Below are positions 58,520 to 64,000 of a stretch of 64,000 bases of DNA, one piece after another. This DNA is from an uncultured bacterium (GTDB lineage Bacteria; Armatimonadota; UBA5829). Positions within the stretch are counted from its first letter, which is position 1, and every line of letters begins with the position of its first letter. Below the pieces are notes generated by a model. It was given only the letters and a program-made list of their open reading frames with translations, ran no database searches and had not been told where the DNA came from. A program made the translations under genes and the position numbers. The stretch covers positions 10,672 through 74,671 of the forward strand of contig CAZFYZ010000001.1 in the NCBI GenBank assembly GCA_964523735.1, in the 5' to 3' direction.

Positions 58520-60490
58520 ATGACTTGGAGCATAGGGCGTGTCTTAGGGAAGGCGAAGTCGCGGCTGGCGATGTGGGTCATCGTGGTTGCGGACGCGGCG
58601 GCGATTTCTCTGGCAACCGTTTCTGCATTGATACTGCGCTTCGACGGCGATCGCTGGTCGCTTATCTACACCGAGCACGTGCGAGAGCGGGCTTGGAGCC
58701 TGCTCGCTGCCCTGGGCATATACCTCGCGGCATTCGCGGTGCTCAGGCTCTACAGGTGTGCCTGGCGCTTTGCCAGCCTGGAGATCGTTTGGGCCATCAT
58801 GGCCGCTAACACGATCGGAATGGTCGGCATGATCGTAAGCCAGCGCCTGATAGACGGCCACACGTTCCCCTGGTCCGTCTTTGTCTCGCTGTGGACGCTC
58901 ACCACGCTCTTTACAACTGGGGAGCGTGTGCTTCTCAGGGTCATCAGTATTGCTCAAGAACGCACGTCCGACTCTGACGCTAAGAAGAGGGTCATCATTC
59001 TTGGAGGTGGAGCCCAGGGCGCCCGCGTGCTTCGCGCTATCCGCGAGGAGCCCTCGCTTCATCTGGAGGCAGCCGGCTTTCTTGATGATGATCCGGCCAA
59101 GCAGGGGACCTACATCGGCAACGTGAAGGTGTTGGGCCCTCTCGATATGCTTGAGAAGCTGGCTGAGGAGAATCGAGTTGATACGGTCATCGGCGCCCTG
59201 CCCGAGTACGCGGCTGATCGGCTGCGGGAGATCATGCTCAAGTGCCGCCGCTGTGAGCTGCCGATCAAGATGGTTCCGCGCTGGACCGACTTGCTGAATG
59301 GGAACGGGCGACTGCAGCTAGCCAATCTCCGTGCCGAGGATCTGCTGAGGCGGCCACTGGCTGTGGTTGACGTGGAGAAGATCGGCAGCTACCTGGCCGG
59401 ACGACGTGTCCTGATCACTGGGGCAGGGGGATCGATCGGCTCGGAGCTGAGCAGACAGGTAGCATCGATGAAGCCGGCGTCGCTTGTGCTGCTTGGCCAC
59501 GGCGAGAACTCCATCCACCAGATCTACCGCGAGCTGTGCTGCTCGCATCCTGAGCTTGCCGGGCGGCTCCACCAGGCGGTTGGTTCAGTATCCGACCCTC
59601 CTCGTATCAGCCAGGTGTTCTCCACATATCGCCCTCAAGTCGTCTTTCATGCCGCGGCCCACAAGCACGTGCCCATCATGGAGACAAACGAGCAAGAGGC
59701 CGTGCACAATAACGTTGCCGGCACCCGCTGTATCGCCGAAGCCTGCGGCATTGCTCACGTCGAGCGCGTTGTGCTGATCTCTACCGACAAGGCCGCGGAT
59801 CCCTGCTGTGTCATGGGCGCGACTAAGTGGCTCTGCGAGGAGACATTCAGGGCTGCTGCCGAGCTGTGGCGCAGCACCACCTACGTGACCGTGCGCTTCG
59901 GCAACGTCCTCGGCAGCAGGGGCAGCGTGCTGCACGTGTTCTGCGACCAGATCCGACGCGGCGGGCCCGTGACTATCACGCATCCGGAGATGACCCGCTA
60001 CTTCATGACTATTCCAGAGGCCGTTCGACTCGTTCTTGAAGCTGGCGCGGTGGGGACGTCCGGGCAGCTCTATCTCCTGGACATGGGTCGGCCCGTGAAG
60101 ATCACAGACATGGCCAAGGACGTCATCCGGCTGTGCGGCCTTGAGCCGGACCATGATATATGCCTCGAGTTCACCGGCATCCGGCCAGGCGAGAAGCTTC
60201 ACGAGAAACTTGCCTCGCAGACCGAGGACATCGAGCAAACTGAGTGGGACAGGCTTTCGATCGTCCACCGCCCCTGGCGTTTTGCTCCGGCGGAGCTGTT
60301 CAAAATCCTTGACTACTTTGACCGGCTCGTCGAGACAGGCACTACTGACGAGATAAGGCAGATGCTGGAGCTTGTTCCGACTTGCGACCGTGCGGGCATA
60401 GGAAAGGCCATGTCTTCAGGCAAGGAGGCTGACGGTCGGCCCATTCCAGCCCAGCTAGCCGGTGATGTAGTCATCCACCAGGCGATGTAG
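58520..60490 (+). CDS. Membrane-anchored UDP-sugar 4,6-dehydratase, PglF/CapD/WbpM family
   Basis: The ORF track gives 58490..60490 with a GTG start. The ATG at 58520 (MTWSIGRVLGKAKSRLAMWVIVVADAAAISLATV...) is preferred. Four N-terminal TM helices are followed by a Rossmann GxxGxxG (VLITGAGGSIGSEL) and the extended SDR dehydratase core (...VFHAAAHKHVPIME...). Confidence 0.85.
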   Translation: MTWSIGRVLGKAKSRLAMWVIVVADAAAISLATVSALILRFDGDRWSLIYTEHVRERAWSLLAALGIYLAAFAVLRLYRCAWRFASLEIVWAIMAANTIGMVGMIVSQRLIDGHTFPWSVFVSLWTLTTLFTTGERVLLRVISIAQERTSDSDAKKRVIILGGGAQGARVLRAIREEPSLHLEAAGFLDDDPAKQGTYIGNVKVLGPLDMLEKLAEENRVDTVIGALPEYAADRLREIMLKCRRCELPIKMVPRWTDLLNGNGRLQLANLRAEDLLRRPLAVVDVEKIGSYLAGRRVLITGAGGSIGSELSRQVASMKPASLVLLGHGENSIHQIYRELCCSHPELAGRLHQAVGSVSDPPRISQVFSTYRPQVVFHAAAHKHVPIMETNEQEAVHNNVAGTRCIAEACGIAHVERVVLISTDKAADPCCVMGATKWLCEETFRAAAELWRSTTYVTVRFGNVLGSRGSVLHVFCDQIRRGGPVTITHPEMTRYFMTIPEAVRLVLEAGAVGTSGQLYLLDMGRPVKITDMAKDVIRLCGLEPDHDICLEFTGIRPGEKLHEKLASQTEDIEQTEWDRLSIVHRPWRFAPAELFKILDYFDRLVETGTTDEIRQMLELVPTCDRAGIGKAMSSGKEADGRPIPAQLAGDVVIHQAM

Positions 60491-60538
60491 CCGTCTTTGT
60501 CGTTCACCGCAGAACATACTCAACGAAGGAGGGCATTG

Positions 60539-61711
60539 ATGTCGCAATTTAAGCCATTCGAGATGAAGGGGCGTCCCCTCGAGGACCAGGTGATGAGCTG
60601 GAACGAGATGATCCAGCCGCCGTTCGACAAGAACACAGTGGATGCTTACACGCGCACACGTGTGATTCTGATGAACGGGATCGAGAACAACAGTGTGATC
60701 ATGTCTCACTGCATCGACCGGACACACCCGAGCGATGAACTCAAGCGCCAACTGGGGATGATCAGGAGGCTGGATTCCCAACAACAGCAGACAGTCAACT
60801 GGCTTACTCCGGCCAATGCGACGGTTCTTGAGACTACCATAGGTTACGAGCAGGTCGCGGTGGATCTCACCGCAAACCTCGCCAGGAACGAGCCGGATGG
60901 CTATTTCAAGAGCGTGCTGGACTTTGCGTTGCTGGAGGATTTCGATCACTTGTTCAGGTACGGCTGCATGCTCCAGGCACTGGAGAGCAAAGAGCCCAAC
61001 ATGATCACCCAGGGCAGGACGGAGATCAAAGCAGGTCGCCCGACAGAGGTCGAGCACCGCCATCCTGATGATGAGATGCGGATGCACTACCACAAAGACG
61101 GCGCATCCATCAAGACCAAGATGAACTACTTCACCATCGTCTCCGGTGAGCAGCAGACGATGCTCTTTTACAAGGCGCACGGCTTCCAGTACGCTGACGA
61201 GATGGCCAGGAAGCTCTACGCCGAAATCGCCGAGATCGAGCAGCAGCACGTCACACAGTATGAGCTTGTAGGCGACCCAGAGGAGTCGCCGCTGGAGAAG
61301 ATCACTCTGATGCAGCTCTGCGAGGCCTACAACTACTTCTCCTGCGCCGAGACCGAGACCGACCCGCGTCTCAAGTCGCTCTGGGAGCGCTTTGCCGAGC
61401 ATGAGATCGAGCACTTTAAGGTCTGCAGCAGCCTGTTGCAGGAGTTCGAGGGCAAGGACATACGCGATATCATGAAAGGCGACACGATCGAGCCCCTCAT
61501 TGTCTTCGAGGAGAACAAGGACTACGTCAACCACATCCTCGAGACACAGGTCCAGCTCCAGCCGCTCGACATGGAGTTCGTGGATTCAGACGAACTGCCG
61601 GACGACTGGGCCAGCTTCGGCTACAGGGACAAAGTCAACGCCGGAGGAGTCCCGTCCGAACAAGTAGTCGACCGCGCCCAGCGTGAAGCAAAGATACCGC
61701 AGTCTGTATAG
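60539..61711 (+). CDS. Hypothetical protein with two ExxH motifs (possible ferritin-like di-iron carboxylate protein)
   Basis: The ORF track gives 60497..61711. The likely start is the ATG at 60539 (MSQFKPFEMKGRP...), with AAGGAGG upstream. The motifs TEVEHRHPDDE and AEHEIEHFK are spaced about 110 aa apart in a helical protein. This is only suggestive of a di-iron oxygenase-like site. Confidence 0.45.
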   Translation: MSQFKPFEMKGRPLEDQVMSWNEMIQPPFDKNTVDAYTRTRVILMNGIENNSVIMSHCIDRTHPSDELKRQLGMIRRLDSQQQQTVNWLTPANATVLETTIGYEQVAVDLTANLARNEPDGYFKSVLDFALLEDFDHLFRYGCMLQALESKEPNMITQGRTEIKAGRPTEVEHRHPDDEMRMHYHKDGASIKTKMNYFTIVSGEQQTMLFYKAHGFQYADEMARKLYAEIAEIEQQHVTQYELVGDPEESPLEKITLMQLCEAYNYFSCAETETDPRLKSLWERFAEHEIEHFKVCSSLLQEFEGKDIRDIMKGDTIEPLIVFEENKDYVNHILETQVQLQPLDMEFVDSDELPDDWASFGYRDKVNAGGVPSEQVVDRAQREAKIPQSV

Positions 61712-61923
61712 CAGCATTCTGGCAGACCTCTAGTGGCGAGAGGATTCTGGGTAACAGGGGTTTCATGGTTGCACTCTGTCATGCCGCCCAGAATCCTTCG
61801 CCCGCTCTCCGAAGGCAGGATGCATCTTTGCCTCCACCCCCGCTCGGATGGTATACTCTTGCGTCAGCGGCGCGTGACTCTGCTGACAGCAAAAGCATCA
61901 TAACCGAAGGCAGGAGGATTCGC

Positions 61924-62790
61924 ATGACCCCATTCGTTCAAGCGATAGCAGCCAAGCAGACACTCACATCAGACGGCGCAATGGGCACTCAACTCGCGGC
62001 GCGGGGTGGGGTGCAGGGGCCGACGGCGAACCTCCAGTTCCCGGAGATCGTCACCGCCATCCACGCCGACTACAAGGCCGCCGGTGCCAGAATCCTGCTG
62101 ACCAACACTTTGACGGCCAACCGTATCTCCCTGGAACACGCGGGACTTGCGGATAAGCTGGAGGAGATCAACCGGATCGGTGTCGAGCTCTGTCGCAAGG
62201 CCGCGGGCGATGATTGCTACGTCTGCGGGGATATGACCTCGACGGGCAAGTTTCTGGAGCCGCTTGGGGAGTATACCGAGGAGCAATTCGCGGCCAATGC
62301 CGCAGAACAAGCGCGAATCTTGGCCGATGCAGGGGCCGATTGCATCATCGTCGAGACAATGACCGACGTACGTGAGACCGCCATCGACGTCCGCGCGGCC
62401 AAAGAGGCAACGGGCCTGCCAGTCATCGCCAGCATATCGTTCGATCCGGCAGGCGAGGATTTCCGCACGATGATGGGCGACACGGTGGAGAAAGCCGTCA
62501 CCGATCTGGCGGCTACGGGCGCCGATGTGATCGGCGTCAACTGCGGCACCCTCGACCCCTGGGAGGCGGCGAAAGTCATCGCCCGGATGCGCTCACAAAC
62601 CGATCTGCCCTTGATCGCCCAGCCGAACGCAGGCAAACCCGAGCTATCAGGTGGCGAGGTCATCTTCCGCCTCACTCCGGATGAGTTCGCGCAAGGAGTG
62701 GTCGAATGCCTCAAGGCCGGGGCCACGATCCTCGGCGGCTGCTGCGGCACTACGCCGGAGCACATAGCCGCACTCAAGACTGTGCTATAA
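61924..62790 (+). CDS. Homocysteine S-methyltransferase domain protein (stand-alone MetH N-terminal-like / MmuM-like)
   Basis: The ORF track gives 61765..62790. The likely start is the ATG at 61924 (MTPFVQAIAAKQTLTSDGAMGTQL...), with AGGAGG upstream. The conserved ...ILLTNTLTAN..., ...GADCIIVETMTD..., ...GADVIGVNCGT... and C-terminal ...GATILGGCCGTTPEHIAAL (zinc-binding Cys pair) are diagnostic of the family. Confidence 0.75.
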   Translation: MTPFVQAIAAKQTLTSDGAMGTQLAARGGVQGPTANLQFPEIVTAIHADYKAAGARILLTNTLTANRISLEHAGLADKLEEINRIGVELCRKAAGDDCYVCGDMTSTGKFLEPLGEYTEEQFAANAAEQARILADAGADCIIVETMTDVRETAIDVRAAKEATGLPVIASISFDPAGEDFRTMMGDTVEKAVTDLAATGADVIGVNCGTLDPWEAAKVIARMRSQTDLPLIAQPNAGKPELSGGEVIFRLTPDEFAQGVVECLKAGATILGGCCGTTPEHIAALKTVL

Positions 62791-62890
62791 TAGCTGGGGC
62801 ATGCCATGCAGTTGTTTCGGGGTCACCCTGACCCGAAACGGAAGTCCCAACACCCAACACCTATCACCCAACACCTGACAGGAGTCTGCC

Positions 62891-63544
62891 TTGGGCGCAA
62901 TCATACATGCCGTCACCAACTGGATCGTCGTCAACATCACCGCAATGGGCTACTGGGGCATCGTGCTCATGATGGGCATCGAGAGTGCCTGCATCCCCCT
63001 GCCAAGTGAGATCATAATGCCGTTCGGCGGCTATCTCGTCTATCAGGACCCCTCCAGGTTCAACATCTGGATGATGGGAGTCGCGGGCGCAGCGGGCTGC
63101 GTTTGGGGCTCGGTTGTGGCCTACTGGGCTGGAATGTTCGGCGGCAGGCCCTTCGTCGAGAAGTATGGCCGCTATTTCCTGGTTCGGCATCAGGATCTGG
63201 ACAAAGCCGATGCCTTCTTCAAAAGGCACGGCGACGCTGCTATCTTCATCAGTCGTCTGCTGCCGGTCGTGCGGACGTTCATCTCGTTCCCCGCGGGCAT
63301 ATCCAGGATGCACTTCTGGCGATTCGTGATCTACACTTTCCTGGGCTCATTCCCCTGGTGCCTCGGGCTCGCGTACGCGGGCAAGCTTCTCGGCAAGCAA
63401 TGGGACACCCGCCTGAAGGCCTACTTCCACGGCGCGGATGCGATCATCGGCATAGTGATCCTAGTCCTCGTGGCCCTCTACGTCTATCACCATATCCACA
63501 GCGACCAGAAATACCGCAAGGCAAAGAACACCGAATCACAGTGA
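62891..63544 (+). CDS. DedA-family (SNARE-associated/TVP38) inner-membrane protein
   Basis: The translation ...YWGIVLMMGIESACIPLPSEIIMPFGGYLVYQ...FFKRHGDAAIFISRLLPVVRTFISFPAGISRMHFWRFVIYTFLGSFPWCLGLAYAG shows the classic DedA motifs. The start is an apparent TTG, with AGGAG 7 nt upstream. Confidence 0.75.
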   Translation: MGAIIHAVTNWIVVNITAMGYWGIVLMMGIESACIPLPSEIIMPFGGYLVYQDPSRFNIWMMGVAGAAGCVWGSVVAYWAGMFGGRPFVEKYGRYFLVRHQDLDKADAFFKRHGDAAIFISRLLPVVRTFISFPAGISRMHFWRFVIYTFLGSFPWCLGLAYAGKLLGKQWDTRLKAYFHGADAIIGIVILVLVALYVYHHIHSDQKYRKAKNTESQ

Positions 63545-63605
63545 AGCACCTGGCCGTCTGAGGGGTCAGATAGAGCATAGCAGCTTCCGTCGCGAGGTCA
63601 ACACT

Positions 63606-63974
63606 ATGCCCAAGTTCCTGATCTTTCTGATCGTCCTCACCGCTCTCCCGAGCCTTGGCCAGCAGACCGCCGAGAGCCACTCTCTGATTCCGTCCGGTAT
63701 CCGTGCGATGGCCACTCCTGATGGCACCGCCATCATCCTGATCTCAGTGCCAGATGACCCGGGCGGCACGATTTTGGAGTGGCTTGGCATCGGCGCGATT
63801 GCCTGCGATGCGGACAACAGCCTGATCGTCTGGTCCGAATCTCCCGGCGCTCCTCGTCTAGCGCCGCAGCCATCCGTGCCTAACGGTCCGGCTGGAGCAT
63901 TCGTGTGGCCGCAAGGCATAGAGAACGCCCCGCCGTTCGACATAAACAAAAGCATCACCTCTGAGAGGCGATGA
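63606..63974 (+). CDS. Small hypothetical secreted protein (signal peptide), low confidence; competes with an antisense ORF at 63566..64000
   Basis: The protein begins MPKFLIFLIVLTALPSLGQQTAESHS, a signal peptide. No family could be assigned. Confidence 0.3.
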   Translation: MPKFLIFLIVLTALPSLGQQTAESHSLIPSGIRAMATPDGTAIILISVPDDPGGTILEWLGIGAIACDADNSLIVWSESPGAPRLAPQPSVPNGPAGAFVWPQGIENAPPFDINKSITSERR

Positions 63975-64000
63975 GCCGCTGATTGGGCGTGATAAGTCAT

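Overview
This is a high-GC (roughly 60-65%) bacterial chromosomal window. Genes are densely packed and often translationally coupled, with ATGA or TGATG stop/start overlaps. I found no rRNA or tRNA genes, no CRISPR array and no obvious transposase or integrase. The contents, from 5' to 3', are listed below.

1. Positions 1-3270: a C-terminal HTH fragment of a sigma or LuxR-type regulator lies at the left edge. It is followed by a minus-strand operon encoding an ECF sigma factor, a membrane anti-sigma factor and a secreted protein made of three tandem STN/secretin-N0-like repeats. All three genes are translationally coupled.

2. Positions 3275-8869: a giant 1865-aa secreted protein sits upstream of that operon. 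It has a helical N-terminal region, a cadherin/VCBS-like domain, an Ig-like domain, a parallel beta-helix and a very long Gly-rich tail resembling PE-PGRS proteins.

3. Positions 9284-17000: a DsbD-like disulfide reductase, a secreted TPR protein, a MurJ lipid II flippase carrying a roughly 300-aa C-terminal extension, and a secreted transglutaminase-like protein.

4. Positions 17428-19240: a two-gene overlapping operon encoding a ParB/Srx-fold DGQHR-type protein (DndB/DUF262-like) and a HEPN-motif protein. It sits between an unusually structured, partly AT-rich convergent intergenic region and a 184-bp promoter gap. This is my best candidate for an undescribed anti-phage or abortive-infection module.

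5. Positions 19458-36128: a large minus-strand flagellar regulon.
   - The genes are flgF, flgG, flgA, flgH, flgI, a rod-binding FlgJ-N-only protein, flgM, flgN, flgK, flgL, fliW, csrA, two tandem flagellins, fliD, fliS and a FliT-like ORF.
   - A secreted M14 carboxypeptidase is coupled to the end of this operon.
   - flgH and flgI show that the organism is diderm.
   - The fliW-csrA-flagellin arrangement is of the Bacillus/spirochaete type.

6. Positions 36287-43659: housekeeping and accessory genes. These are a DapA-family protein, a DUF1328 protein, a DUF892 protein, an SDR, a PAP2/vanadium-haloperoxidase-like protein and a 1015-aa secreted protein with FG-GAP-like repeats and a glycoside-hydrolase-like domain.

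7. Positions 43908-60490: a plus-strand Wzx/Wzy-dependent polysaccharide locus.
   - It encodes Wzx, three GT1 and one GT2 glycosyltransferases, a Wzy/O-antigen-ligase-like protein, a PglC-like initiating transferase, a GNAT, a FemAB-like protein, a DegT aminotransferase, Wza, Wzc and a PglF/CapD-like 4,6-dehydratase.
   - This gene set is consistent with a bacillosamine-type (2,4-diamino-2,4,6-trideoxyhexose) initiating sugar.

8. Positions 60539-63974: a hypothetical protein with di-iron-like ExxH motifs, a stand-alone homocysteine S-methyltransferase domain protein, a DedA membrane protein and a small secreted protein.

Several short palindromic or repeated intergenic elements are also reported.

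Two caveats apply throughout. Every family assignment comes from reading the translations by eye; I ran no searches. Coordinates of the short palindromes may be off by 1-2 nt.
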